From the IMG/VR virus record IMGVR_UViG_3300026125_000003, positions 1 to 59,573 of that record: 59,573 nt of DNA. One strand, 5' to 3'. Made by a program: the position numbers and the translations under genes. The notes beneath the pieces are model-generated. The model was given only the letters and a program-made list of their open reading frames with translations, was not told the origin of the DNA and ran no database searches. This document shows, piece by piece, positions 1-9,097 of this stretch. The DNA comes from a virus (taxonomy: Duplodnaviria; Caudoviricetes). The number at the start of each line of letters is the position of its first letter. Position 1 is the first letter of the stretch.

Positions 1-45
1 ACTATATTGTTCGGTAAGTACTTCCAAAACCTATGGGATTAGGGT

Positions 46-321
46 ATGGCTGATATCATAAAATTTCCATTTAAGGAGCCTGAAGAACCTATGGACCATG
101 AGCTAGATATAGCTCGGGAATGTATGAAGGCTGTAGTCACAACGCTTATTGATTATCAATATTACCCTAATTTGGACGAGGGGCTTGAAAAAGATCTCGG
201 TTTAGTATATCATATACTATACGCCACGATGCTAAGGTATGATGGTCAGCACCACCAGTTCCACGAGATGATGGACGAAATTATGAATGAATTGGAGAAC
301 CAACGAAATGCTACTGATTGA
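46..321 (+). CDS. hypothetical protein
   Basis: 91-aa ORF, start preceded by AGGG, overlaps rnh start. Confidence 0.7.
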   Translation: MADIIKFPFKEPEEPMDHELDIARECMKAVVTTLIDYQYYPNLDEGLEKDLGLVYHILYATMLRYDGQHHQFHEMMDEIMNELENQRNATD

Positions 322-1159
322 TTTTAACGGAGTTGCCGTTGCTAACATTATGGCTATGAAAGGTCAGGATATGAACGAAGATCTTATTCGTCACACTATC
401 CTAAACTCTATCCGAATGTACAACCTTAAGTACCGTCATGAGTACGGAGAGGTCGTCATCGCTTGCGAAGGGCGTTCTTGGCGCAAAGACGTTTTCCCTC
501 AATATAAAGCCAATAGAGGTAAGAGCAGAGACGATTCTAAAGTTGACTGGGGCTTTATATTTGAATGTATCAATAAAGTGAAAGAAGAGATCAAAGCAAA
601 CTTTCACTATAAGGTTGTTCAGGTAGGCACTGCGGAGGCTGATGATATTATCGGCACCCTAGTTGAATACACCCAGGAGTTCGGGCAACACCAAGATGTT
701 ATGATTATTTCTGCTGACAAGGATTTTGTTCAACTGCAGAAATACGGTAACGTTAAACAATTCAGCCCATACACAAAGAAACTAGTAACGGAGAAAAACC
801 CACGTGCATACCTACTTGAACACATATTTAAAGGCGACAGTGGTGACGGTGTACCTAACGTCCTATCTGGCGACAATTACTTGGTTGATGGTATCAGACA
901 GTCACCCGTTACTAAAAAGAAAATAGAAGCTTGGATGGATAATATTGACTCCCTAGATACTATTATGGATCAGGATACGTACCGCAATTTCCAACGCAAT
1001 AAGCGCATGATAGACCTAAGTGAAACACCTAGTTCTGTGAAAGAAGAAATTATAAATACATATGAGTCAATAAAAGTTGCTCCGAAAATGAAGATCCTAA
1101 ATTACTTAATTAAGAACCGCTGCAGATTATTGGTTGAGAGCGTGGCGGACTTCCACTGA
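308..1159 (+). CDS. rnh: T4-type RNase H (5'-3' exonuclease)
   Basis: Motifs LLIDFN, SWRKDVFPQYKANR, EADDIIG, ISADKDFVQL, GDSGDGVPN; start moved to ATG 308 behind GGAG. Confidence 0.92.
   Translation: MLLIDFNGVAVANIMAMKGQDMNEDLIRHTILNSIRMYNLKYRHEYGEVVIACEGRSWRKDVFPQYKANRGKSRDDSKVDWGFIFECINKVKEEIKANFHYKVVQVGTAEADDIIGTLVEYTQEFGQHQDVMIISADKDFVQLQKYGNVKQFSPYTKKLVTEKNPRAYLLEHIFKGDSGDGVPNVLSGDNYLVDGIRQSPVTKKKIEAWMDNIDSLDTIMDQDTYRNFQRNKRMIDLSETPSSVKEEIINTYESIKVAPKMKILNYLIKNRCRLLVESVADFH
1051..1058 (+). promoter_or_regulatory. T4-type late promoter TATAAATA
   Basis: Exact consensus within the rnh 3' end, upstream of the next gene. Confidence 0.5.
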
Positions 1160-1166
1160 GGATGAT

Positions 1167-1595
1167 ATGAGTATTGATAAAAAATATGTCTACACAGTTC
1201 TAGAAGCCGTGGCAAAGGCGAAAAACAAAAAAGAACGGTTAGAAATTCTACAGTCAAACGTTTCCGGAGCCCTGTTGGGTATTCTACGCGGTTCGTTTGA
1301 TGAATCGTTAGAGTTTGCTCTACCTGAAGGCGAGCCTCCATACACCCCATTCGATTTCAAAGACGATAGTAAACCTATTCCTCTGGAATCTTATTTGCCC
1401 CAGTTCCCTAAGTTTATTAAGAGACAGGGCAAACAAGTCCCAACCCATTTGAGAGAAGGCACTTTCATAAAGGTGTTACAATCCATACACCCCGAAGACG
1501 CGAAGTTAATGCTTGCGATGAAAGACAAAAATCTCAAGGTGAAAGGTCTGACTCTTAAAGTAGTCAAAGATGCGTTTCCGGACTTAATCAAATGA
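1167..1595 (+). CDS. conserved T4-like phage protein (DUF6433-like) next to rnh
   Basis: LPEGEPPY, RE..FI..LQSIHPEDAKLMLAMKDK and VVKDAFPDLI motifs typical of marine T4-like phages. Confidence 0.7.
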   Translation: MSIDKKYVYTVLEAVAKAKNKKERLEILQSNVSGALLGILRGSFDESLEFALPEGEPPYTPFDFKDDSKPIPLESYLPQFPKFIKRQGKQVPTHLREGTFIKVLQSIHPEDAKLMLAMKDKNLKVKGLTLKVVKDAFPDLIK

Positions 1596-1626
1596 ATAAA
1601 AATAAAATCCAATAATAATAAACTTA

Positions 1627-1660
1627 GCCGAGCATTCGTTGAGAGTGACTCGGCATTTTT
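1627..1660 (+). terminator. hairpin / probable intrinsic terminator
   Basis: GCCGAGCATTC-GTTGA-GAGTG(A)CTCGGC followed by ATTTTT. Confidence 0.6.
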
Positions 1661-1736
1661 GTTAATAAGGAGGTGTAAACCTAGAAATCTTCGTTATGAT
1701 TAACTATTATGTTCATCTACAGAAGGTAGCAACCAT

Positions 1737-1901
1737 ATGTGTCCACAAATCGAACGTCTCAAGAAAGATTCTAAAGAGCTTAAGCATTACATGTACAGGC
1801 TAGAAAAATCGGGAAACACCCATGCCGCTCACAAGATGAAGGCAAAACTTGAGTATCTAAATTCGAAGATAACTGACATTGAAGGGGAATTACTACACTA
1901 G
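1737..1901 (+). CDS. small hypothetical protein (54 aa, MCPQIERLKKDSKEL...), not in ORF track
   Basis: Hand-translated open frame ATG1737-TAG1901, AAGG upstream, helical composition. Confidence 0.6.
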   Translation: MCPQIERLKKDSKELKHYMYRLEKSGNTHAAHKMKAKLEYLNSKITDIEGELLH

Positions 1902-1973
1902 GATACAAATAGCCAGGGACGGCAATTTATATAAATGCGGAATAAGCATATAACTAATTGATATAAAAACCGC

Positions 1974-2002
1974 TTTACTTTTTAGCTCCAATACTCTATA
2001 AT
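1974..2002 (+). promoter_or_regulatory. early (sigma70-like) promoter
   Basis: TTTACT-17 nt-TATAAT followed by the conserved leader ACATGTATAAATTGA and RBS GAGGA. Confidence 0.85.
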
Positions 2003-2031
2003 ACATGTATAAATTGAATGAGGAACTGAAA

Positions 2032-2229
2032 ATGAAAAATATGTCTAATCGTGCTATCTTCGCTAAAGCTACCCGTACTCTAGAGTCAGCTGGTTTCGAG
2101 CGTACATCTTCTCAGTTCGCGGCTCGTCGCGGCAACTCTGGTCTAGTGTTTGCTAAGAACATTAATGGCAAGAAAGAAGAAGTCGTCCTTACTTTCAAAC
2201 TGGCTAAAACAATCGTTGAGAACGTTTAA
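2032..2229 (+). CDS. early hypothetical protein
   Basis: ATG 2032 behind GAGGA, directly downstream of an early promoter. Confidence 0.7.
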   Translation: MKNMSNRAIFAKATRTLESAGFERTSSQFAARRGNSGLVFAKNINGKKEEVVLTFKLAKTIVENV

Positions 2230-2231
2230 AT

Positions 2232-2765
2232 ATGAATATCTTTGCTATCGATAAAGACCCAGTAATCGCTGCCCAACAGCAGTGCGACAAACACGTTGTT
2301 AAGATGATTCTAGAGAGCGCTCAGTTGCTCTCTACCGCTCATCGAGTTATTGACGGTAAAGAAGTTGTAGGTAAATCTCCATCAGGTCGCAAACAGAAAC
2401 AGTACCTGATTGGAGACGATCGCGACAACGTACTATATAAAGCAACCCACGTAAACCACCCATCAGCCATTTGGTGTCGTCAGACTAAAGGTAACTACAC
2501 TTGGTTGTATGTCCACTTCAAAGCTCTGTGTAAAGAGTACACCTCTAGATATGGTAAGGTACACTTGTGCGAAGAGAAGCTACTTAAGCAACTTGTTCGC
2601 CCTCCTGTAAATATTAAACAAGAAGGTTGTACTCCGGTCACACTAGCTATGCCTGACGAGTATAAGACAAGCGACTATGTTGAGTCATACCGCAAATACT
2701 ATAAATCCAAAGCAGCGACTATTGATATGCGCTGGACTAAACGTAACAAACCAGAGTGGTTCTAA
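2232..2765 (+). CDS. pyrimidine dimer DNA glycosylase / endonuclease V-like protein
   Basis: MNIF..D..P..AAQ..CDKHVVKMILESAQLLSTAHR and HxNHPSAIW motifs. Confidence 0.75.
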   Translation: MNIFAIDKDPVIAAQQQCDKHVVKMILESAQLLSTAHRVIDGKEVVGKSPSGRKQKQYLIGDDRDNVLYKATHVNHPSAIWCRQTKGNYTWLYVHFKALCKEYTSRYGKVHLCEEKLLKQLVRPPVNIKQEGCTPVTLAMPDEYKTSDYVESYRKYYKSKAATIDMRWTKRNKPEWF

Positions 2766-3007
2766 TGCCTCTATATAAATTTGAAAACACCGAAACAGGT
2801 GAACTTGTTGAAGAACTTATGTCTTGGGAAGAATCTAAAGTTTTTCTAGAAGAACACCCTGAATTAAAACGCATCATTGGTGCGCCAATGATTGTTTCGG
2901 GAGTTGGTTCCGGACCAAAGGTGACTAATTCCTTTAAAGAAACAATGAGTAAAATAAAAGAAGGTCACGCAGTTCGCGGACCTCAAATCGACAAATGGAC
3001 GAAATAG
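2765..3007 (+). CDS. FmdB-like small regulatory protein (conserved upstream of phoH)
   Basis: MPLYKFEN.ETGE N-terminus; TAATG coupling with the previous gene. Confidence 0.55.
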   Translation: MPLYKFENTETGELVEELMSWEESKVFLEEHPELKRIIGAPMIVSGVGSGPKVTNSFKETMSKIKEGHAVRGPQIDKWTK

Positions 3008-3010
3008 CGT

Positions 3011-3706
3011 ATGGCGATGAAACCTCGGCAACAATTAAAACTTAGGCTCGATGACTTAAAAGAAATTGAACCTATGACAAAGAACCAGGAGAAGGTCTGC
3101 AAGGCTTTCGGGAAGGGTGATAACATAGTCCTAGCAGGTTCAGCTGGTACTGGTAAAACCTTTCTAGCACTCGGTCTCGGTCTAGAGGAAGTGCTAGATA
3201 AGAACACCCCCTATCAAAAACTAATTGTTGTTCGATCTATTGTACCGACCCGAGATATCGGATTCCTTCCTGGTGATGAAGAAGAAAAGAAACTTGTGTA
3301 TGAGGCACCATATATCGGTATCTGCGCAAATCTTTTTGGTGTTAACGATGCTTGGGAAAAACTTAAACAATCAAACGACGTTGAGTTTATGACGACTTCG
3401 TTTATTCGTGGCGTAACCCTAGATGATTGTATTATTGTAGTTGATGAAATGCAGAACTTAACTGCCCACGAGCTCGACTCAGTCATTACTCGTGTTGGCG
3501 AAAACTGCCGCATCTTATTGTGTGGCGATTACTATCAGTCAGACTTCCACAAGAATAATGATAAGGACGGGATCCTTAAGTTCTTGGAAGTAGTGTCTCA
3601 CCTTACAGGATTCTCTATCATAGAGTTCAATTGGGAGGATATCGTCCGGAGCGGATTAGTTCGTGATTACATAATGACCAAAGAACAACTTGGAGTAAAA
3701 TTCTAA
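3011..3706 (+). CDS. phoH: PhoH-family ATPase
   Basis: Walker A GSAGTGKT, GFLPG, RGVTLD, DEMQN, GDYYQSD, DIVRSGLV. Confidence 0.93.
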   Translation: MAMKPRQQLKLRLDDLKEIEPMTKNQEKVCKAFGKGDNIVLAGSAGTGKTFLALGLGLEEVLDKNTPYQKLIVVRSIVPTRDIGFLPGDEEEKKLVYEAPYIGICANLFGVNDAWEKLKQSNDVEFMTTSFIRGVTLDDCIIVVDEMQNLTAHELDSVITRVGENCRILLCGDYYQSDFHKNNDKDGILKFLEVVSHLTGFSIIEFNWEDIVRSGLVRDYIMTKEQLGVKF

Positions 3707-3837
3707 TGGCTAAGTACACTCGTTTCGATCCAAGAAACAAGAAACGTAATAAGCACAAGAATCGCGTTAAACAGGGTCTTAACGACAAGAAAATTCATAT
3801 TGTAGGGAAAACGTATGACGAGGATATTCGAACATAA
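3706..3837 (+). CDS. small basic protein (43 aa, MAKYTRFDPRNKK...), not in ORF track
   Basis: Hand-translated; TAATG coupling with phoH and GGAG upstream. Confidence 0.6.
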   Translation: MAKYTRFDPRNKKRNKHKNRVKQGLNDKKIHIVGKTYDEDIRT

Positions 3838-4495
3838 GGAAAACTTGCTCGGATACGATGACCTAGAAGTAATAGAAAGTAAAGAAGTGGGGAGGCGTTA
3901 TGTCTCCCCTTCTTCTAATAAGTACCCTTCGATTACAACAGTATTATCTATCCTAAGCGAAGATCATATCAAGAAATGGCGTGAACGTGTTGGTGAAGAA
4001 GAAGCCAACAAAATATCGTACCGAGCTTCTACCCGAGGCACTGCGGTTCATGCTATTATTGAAGACTATATAAACAATAAATTACAACCAAACCGATTTA
4101 TGCCTAATATCTTGGCAAACTTCAAATCTGTCCAACCCATACTCGACGAGCGTATAGGTACTGTATATGCCCAGGAAGCTGCGCTGTATTCGGATTACCT
4201 TGGTGTGGCGGGAAGGGTCGACTGCGTTGCTGAGTTTGACGGCAAGCTTTCTATAATTGACTTTAAGACTAGCAAGAAACCTAAGAAACCTGAGTGGATC
4301 GAGAACTACTTCATTCAGGAGACATTCTATGCTATTGCTTGGGAAGAACGCACTAAGCTGCCTATAACCCAACTGGTCACTATTATAGCTGTTGATAATG
4401 AACCGCCTCAGGTGTTTATCGAGCATCGCGATAATTGGGATGATAAATTACTGGAGACTATACGTGAATACAAAAGAAGAAACGGCATCGAATGA
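3815..4495 (+). CDS. PD-(D/E)XK exonuclease
   Basis: YPSITTVLS, RGTAVH, AGRVDC, IIDFKTS, YFIQ..Y motifs. Confidence 0.85.
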   Translation: MTRIFEHKENLLGYDDLEVIESKEVGRRYVSPSSNKYPSITTVLSILSEDHIKKWRERVGEEEANKISYRASTRGTAVHAIIEDYINNKLQPNRFMPNILANFKSVQPILDERIGTVYAQEAALYSDYLGVAGRVDCVAEFDGKLSIIDFKTSKKPKKPEWIENYFIQETFYAIAWEERTKLPITQLVTIIAVDNEPPQVFIEHRDNWDDKLLETIREYKRRNGIE

Positions 4496-4622
4496 TGCCT
4501 ATCAACAAATAAGTTATTGCTGCCAAACGGTAGCTGAGATGGAGCCAGTCTTTGAATACATTAAATTACTTGAAGAAAAAATCGCACAACTTGAAGAGGA
4601 ACTCGAAAATGGAAGGGCTTGA
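4464..4622 (+). CDS. small coiled-coil hypothetical protein
   Basis: GTG start behind GGAG; fills the gap between the exonuclease and the ClpP-like gene. Confidence 0.4.
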   Translation: MNTKEETASNDAYQQISYCCQTVAEMEPVFEYIKLLEEKIAQLEEELENGRA

Positions 4623-5265
4623 GAATATCATTAAACTGGGTCAACCCAAAGGTGCGTTCACTCATCGACCTGCTGGATATACGCACGAATTTTACTTGAC
4701 CGGAACTATAACATCAGCTGAAGATTATATTGAATGGTTTGATACCATTCGTCATGCTGGCGAGAATGACCTAGTAAAGATCTATATCAACTCTGAGGGC
4801 GGTAACTTATTTACTGCTGTGCAGTTTATGCGAGTGCTCACCGACTGTCATGCTGACGTTTGGATTAGCGTAGAAGGTGCTTGTATGAGCGCTGCTACGA
4901 TGATTATGCTTTGTGGCGATGCTTATGAAATCTCCCCTCACTCTATGTTTATGTTCCATAATTACTCTGGTGGAACAGTAGGTAAGGGTGGCGAGATGTA
5001 CGACAATATTGTATATGAACGTAAATGGTCTGAGAGGTTATTGCGCGAAGTTTATAAGGATTTCTTGACCGAAGAAGAAATAGAGTCTATTCTAAATAAT
5101 AAAGACCTATGGATGGAAGGTGACGAGATTCTAGATCGCTTACGTGAAAAGGTTAAAAAGTACGAAGATCAAACTGAAGAGATTAATGGCGATGAAGGAC
5201 AACAAAGCGACCTGTTTGATGAGACCAGCGAAGAGGAGTTGTTGGGTTCTAGGGATACCAATTGA
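4609..5265 (+). CDS. ClpP-like (S14) serine protease
   Basis: INSEGG, catalytic Ser in CMSAA, His in FMFHN, Asp in KDLWM; GAGGA RBS before ATG 4609. Confidence 0.85.
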   Translation: MEGLENIIKLGQPKGAFTHRPAGYTHEFYLTGTITSAEDYIEWFDTIRHAGENDLVKIYINSEGGNLFTAVQFMRVLTDCHADVWISVEGACMSAATMIMLCGDAYEISPHSMFMFHNYSGGTVGKGGEMYDNIVYERKWSERLLREVYKDFLTEEEIESILNNKDLWMEGDEILDRLREKVKKYEDQTEEINGDEGQQSDLFDETSEEELLGSRDTN

Positions 5266-5455
5266 TGTAGTCGATAGGGAGTGGGTCTTTACGGAGACCC
5301 CCTTTGAAATTGAAGACCTAATATCGTTATACAACGAACAACTAGACTCACCTGAACCGGACTTTCAGAATATAATGCTTGCTGAGGATATCATAACGGC
5401 ATATTCAACTACTGAAACCGCTATCCGTAAGATGATCGAAGTCGTGCGAAAATAG
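5186..5455 (+). CDS. hypothetical protein
   Basis: ORF overlapping the ClpP-like 3' end; start uncertain. Confidence 0.45.
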   Translation: MAMKDNKATCLMRPAKRSCWVLGIPIDVVDREWVFTETPFEIEDLISLYNEQLDSPEPDFQNIMLAEDIITAYSTTETAIRKMIEVVRK

Positions 5456-5504
5456 TTGATAACTTAATAGAATATCTTTATTCCAAAACGATATTAAATA
5501 ACAC

Positions 5505-5533
5505 TTTACTTCCCTCATTTCATATGCTATAAT
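5505..5533 (+). promoter_or_regulatory. early promoter
   Basis: TTTACT-17-TATAAT. Confidence 0.85.
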
Positions 5534-5560
5534 TGGTGTATTGAAATTGAGGGATTTATC

Positions 5561-5689
5561 ATGTTAAACACACTTATAGAATTCGGCACCAACTACGGTT
5601 CAACAATTGAGGCGCTTTTGGTAGCTACCTTTGTTGGCATAATCATCACAACCGTAATCGTAGCGACTAAGGAGAGTAAGAATGTCTAA
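5561..5689 (+). CDS. small single-TM early protein (42 aa), not in ORF track
   Basis: MLNTLIEFGTNYGSTIEALLVATFVGIIITTVIVATKESKNV; GAGGG RBS; first gene after a promoter. Confidence 0.65.
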   Translation: MLNTLIEFGTNYGSTIEALLVATFVGIIITTVIVATKESKNV

Positions 5690-5870
5690 CCTACTTAAAG
5701 AAGGTACTACATTATTCTGCACATCTTGCGAAACTATTATTCGGGAAAACTGCGTCCCTGGAGAGCAGACGGATTGTGCCCATGTATGCGATAAATGTTG
5801 GTACCATATAGAAACATTGATCAATAAAGATAAACAGGAAAAGTTCGGTTCTAACCCGTTCGGAGCATAA
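5682..5870 (+). CDS. small Cys-rich (Zn-finger-like) protein
   Basis: CTSC ... CAHVCDKC; AGGAG RBS. Confidence 0.6.
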   Translation: MSNLLKEGTTLFCTSCETIIRENCVPGEQTDCAHVCDKCWYHIETLINKDKQEKFGSNPFGA

Positions 5871-5871
5871 G

Positions 5872-7692
5872 ATGAGTAAAGAAGATTTTAAAATTCTATC
5901 TGCGCGCGACCACGTTCGCATGCGCCCAGGAATGTACCTTGGTTCAACTTCGGTTGAGCAGGTAGAACGATTTGTCATGGGTAATTGGCAGAATGTCGAG
6001 TACGTTCCTGCCATAAACAAAATGATTGACGAAATCATTGACAACTCAATCGACGAAGCAATTCGAACTAACTATAAACACGCTAATCAGATCTCGGTTA
6101 CGATTAAAGGCGATACTGTAGAAATTAGCGATAATGGGCGCGGAATCCCTCAAGAAGAGGTTCTAGACGCTGAGGGTAACAAAGTCCTTCGCCCTGTTGC
6201 GGCATGGACTAAAACTAATGCGGGGACTTCTTTCAATGACGATCGAACCACTATTGGTGCCAACGGTGTTGGCTCTGCTTGTACTAACTTTATGTCAACG
6301 AGGTTTATCGGCACTACATGGCAGAATGGTAAATCTGTCACAGTCCAATGTAGCGACGGGGCGAATAAAATCTCAGTTAAAACAGGATCTAAATCTGATT
6401 CAGGTACTTCAGTCAAGTTCACTCCTGATTACAATCTGTTTAGTATTGATAGCATTTGTGACACTCACACGGTAGAACTGGTTGAAGATCGTCTGACTTC
6501 GCTTCAGATCGCCTTCCCAGAAATCAAGTTTAAGTTTAATGGGAAAAGAATCAATGCTTCGAATATTAAAAAATACGCTGGATTATTTGTGGAGGACGAT
6601 AGCGCTTCTGTTGTTGTCTCTTCTAGTGACAACGTTAGTTATTTCATTGCCAGTTCTCCTGATGGGTTCCGAACTACATCTTATATTAACGGTGTTAATA
6701 CTCGTCTCGGTGGAACCTATGTTGATTATATCGTCAATTCTGTCGTGGATATTCTTGTATCAATGGTTAAGAGAAGGCATAAGATCGATGTAGCAAAGTC
6801 TACCATAAAGAGTGGATTAACCTTCGTTCTATTTGCTCGTAACTTTAAAGATCCAAAGTATGACTCTCAAACTAAGGAAAGGCTCACGTCGAGTGTCACC
6901 GCTGTTAAAGAACACTACGATGCCGATGACTTTGAAAAGATTGCAAAGAAGATCATGGCTAGTGAGGACATCATTGGTCCGATCATCGAAGCCCAACTGG
7001 CCAAGAAGATGGCAGCTGACAAGCGGGCAGCTACGTTGGCTCAAAAGAAACTTAAGAAAGTCAAAGTCGCCAAGCATATTGCAGCTACGACTACGGATTC
7101 GACTTTGTTCTTATGTGAGGGGGACTCAGCCATTGGCTTTCTCCTTAAGGTTAGGGACCCGAAGAAAGTCGGTGGCTATCCACTACGCGGGGTAATCATG
7201 AACACCTGGGATATGAAACCCGCTGAAGTCCTTAAGAACAAAGAACTGAGCGAGCTTGTAGCGGTGCTGGGGCTTGATATCAACGACCCTGACTCAGTTG
7301 ATAATATGATTTACCAGAACGTGGCTACGCTTACTGATGCCGACCACGATGGTATCGGTCACATTATGCCTTTACTACTTGCGTTCTTCTATAAGTTCTG
7401 GCCAAGGCTGTACACTGAGAAGCGTATTCATATCGCTCGCACCCCTATCCTTATTGCTGAGAAAGGGAATAGCCAGAAGTGGTTCTACAGTTACGATGAA
7501 GCTAGTGAGTTCAAACAAACTCAGACAGGACACAAGCTGCGGTACATTAAGGGACTTGCTTCTCATACTGAAGAGGAGTACTCTAAGATAATCAACGAAC
7601 CTAATCTAGACACTGTCGTTATTGACGATGACTCCTGGTTTGATGTTGGTTACGGTAAAGATGTACAAAAACGAAAGGATTGGTTAACATAA
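5872..7692 (+). CDS. gp39: DNA topoisomerase II large subunit (gp39+gp60 fused)
   Basis: HVRMRPGMYLGS, EIIDNSIDE, DNGRGIP, GANGVG (GHKL); EGDSA, PLRG, DADHDG (TOPRIM); YIKGL. Confidence 0.95.
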   Translation: MSKEDFKILSARDHVRMRPGMYLGSTSVEQVERFVMGNWQNVEYVPAINKMIDEIIDNSIDEAIRTNYKHANQISVTIKGDTVEISDNGRGIPQEEVLDAEGNKVLRPVAAWTKTNAGTSFNDDRTTIGANGVGSACTNFMSTRFIGTTWQNGKSVTVQCSDGANKISVKTGSKSDSGTSVKFTPDYNLFSIDSICDTHTVELVEDRLTSLQIAFPEIKFKFNGKRINASNIKKYAGLFVEDDSASVVVSSSDNVSYFIASSPDGFRTTSYINGVNTRLGGTYVDYIVNSVVDILVSMVKRRHKIDVAKSTIKSGLTFVLFARNFKDPKYDSQTKERLTSSVTAVKEHYDADDFEKIAKKIMASEDIIGPIIEAQLAKKMAADKRAATLAQKKLKKVKVAKHIAATTTDSTLFLCEGDSAIGFLLKVRDPKKVGGYPLRGVIMNTWDMKPAEVLKNKELSELVAVLGLDINDPDSVDNMIYQNVATLTDADHDGIGHIMPLLLAFFYKFWPRLYTEKRIHIARTPILIAEKGNSQKWFYSYDEASEFKQTQTGHKLRYIKGLASHTEEEYSKIINEPNLDTVVIDDDSWFDVGYGKDVQKRKDWLT

Positions 7693-7695
7693 TGG

Positions 7696-7724
7696 TTTAC
7701 TTTCCATTCGATTTAGGGTACAAT
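7696..7724 (+). promoter_or_regulatory. early promoter
   Basis: GTTTACT-17-TACAAT upstream of gp52. Confidence 0.75.
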
Positions 7725-7752
7725 AGCACCCATATTTACTAAAGGATAAACT

Positions 7753-9069
7753 ATGAATCTCTATAATTTGTCAGAAATTGCGCAAAACGAAATGCGTGAC
7801 TTTGCGTTGTACACAGTCGAGTCTCGCGCTATTCCTAACATGATAGACGGGCTCAAGCCAGTCCAACGTTTCTATTTGTATAGTTCTATAGTGAACACGC
7901 CAAAGGACTTTAAGAAGGTCTCTGCGGTCTCTGGCGTTGTATCCGACTACGGTTATCAACACGGTGAGGCAAGTGCTGCTGGCGCTGGTCAGCTGATGGC
8001 AGCCACATGGAACAATAACATTTGTTTGGTTGAAGGGCGAGGTTCTTTTGGCACCCGCCAAGTACAAGCGGCAGGAGCAGCACGGTATGTTTACACTCGT
8101 TTACATTCTAACTTCTCAAAATATATTAAAGACATATCATTATCCCCAGTTCACGAGGATCCCGAGCACACTCCTCCTGCTTTCTACATTCCTGTCATAC
8201 CATTGGTTTTGGCTAACGGAACGAAAGGAATTGCTACAGGATTCGCTACGAATATTCTTCCGCGTTCCGAAAAGGACTTGATTGCGGCATGTAAAGAGTA
8301 CATTAAAACTGGTAAAATTAAGAAGCGTCTTGCGGTATCGTTCCCCGACTTTAACGGAACGACCGAGTATGATGCGGCTTCTGACCGTTTCCTTTGTCGC
8401 GGAGTATTCCAACGACCCACAAGCACTCGTATCATAATCACTGAGATTCCGTATGGTTATGACCGAGAGGCTTATGTAAAGATACTCGATAAACTTGAAG
8501 ACGATGGCGATATTATTGGCTATGAAGACGAGTGTTCTTCTGATGGGTTTAGGTTTGATATCAAGCTGCGCAACTCTACAGCAAAGGTACTCAACAGTGA
8601 CGCTAAGGTAATCTCCAAATTCAAGCTCGAGAAAGCTCACTCTGAAAACCTAACGGTAATCGATGAGAACGGCAAACTCAAAGAATACACGGATGAGCGC
8701 GACTTGATCAAAGACTTCTGCGATTACCGATCTGGCGTTTTGGATAAGCGTATCGCGCGCGAGCTCGAGAAAGCGCAGGAAAGCCAGCGTTGGTTATCAG
8801 TAAAGGCTGCCTTCATTACTGCCGTGTTAGACGATAAGATTATTTTTAAAGGTAAGACTAAAGACAAGGTAATTGATCAGATGGTGTCAGCGCAAGTGCC
8901 TATTCAGGGCGATGATGCTGAACGTTTGCTTCGTATGAATATAATGACCCTCACTAAAGAAATGGTCGACGACCTCAAGAAGCAGATTAAGGAAGCTAAA
9001 GATCAGGTGAAATATTGGGAAGGTACAGATACAACTGAGCAATTCCTTATAGACATAGATGAATTATAA
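7753..9069 (+). CDS. gp52: DNA topoisomerase II medium subunit
   Basis: RAIPNMIDGLKPVQR, YQHGEAS, catalytic AARY, NGTKGIATGFAT, ITEIPYG. Confidence 0.95.
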   Translation: MNLYNLSEIAQNEMRDFALYTVESRAIPNMIDGLKPVQRFYLYSSIVNTPKDFKKVSAVSGVVSDYGYQHGEASAAGAGQLMAATWNNNICLVEGRGSFGTRQVQAAGAARYVYTRLHSNFSKYIKDISLSPVHEDPEHTPPAFYIPVIPLVLANGTKGIATGFATNILPRSEKDLIAACKEYIKTGKIKKRLAVSFPDFNGTTEYDAASDRFLCRGVFQRPTSTRIIITEIPYGYDREAYVKILDKLEDDGDIIGYEDECSSDGFRFDIKLRNSTAKVLNSDAKVISKFKLEKAHSENLTVIDENGKLKEYTDERDLIKDFCDYRSGVLDKRIARELEKAQESQRWLSVKAAFITAVLDDKIIFKGKTKDKVIDQMVSAQVPIQGDDAERLLRMNIMTLTKEMVDDLKKQIKEAKDQVKYWEGTDTTEQFLIDIDEL

Positions 9070-9072
9070 ATA
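9065..9072 (+). promoter_or_regulatory. late promoter TATAAATA
   Basis: Exact consensus about 25 nt upstream of ATG 9098. Confidence 0.75.
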
Positions 9073-9097
9073 TCAGTAATTAATGAAGGGGATACCC

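Noticed and set aside
2008-2015. TATAAATT in the early-promoter leader as a late promoter
   Set aside because: Differs from the TATAAATA seen at all late genes here and is part of the repeated early cassette
3815-4495. Cas4 as a sign of a CRISPR system
   Set aside because: Lacks the four-Cys Fe-S cluster pattern; it is the common phoH-linked phage PD-(D/E)XK exonuclease
5872-7692. T4 gene 60-style translational bypass or homing endonuclease insertion
   Set aside because: gp39 and gp60 parts form one uninterrupted 606-aa ORF
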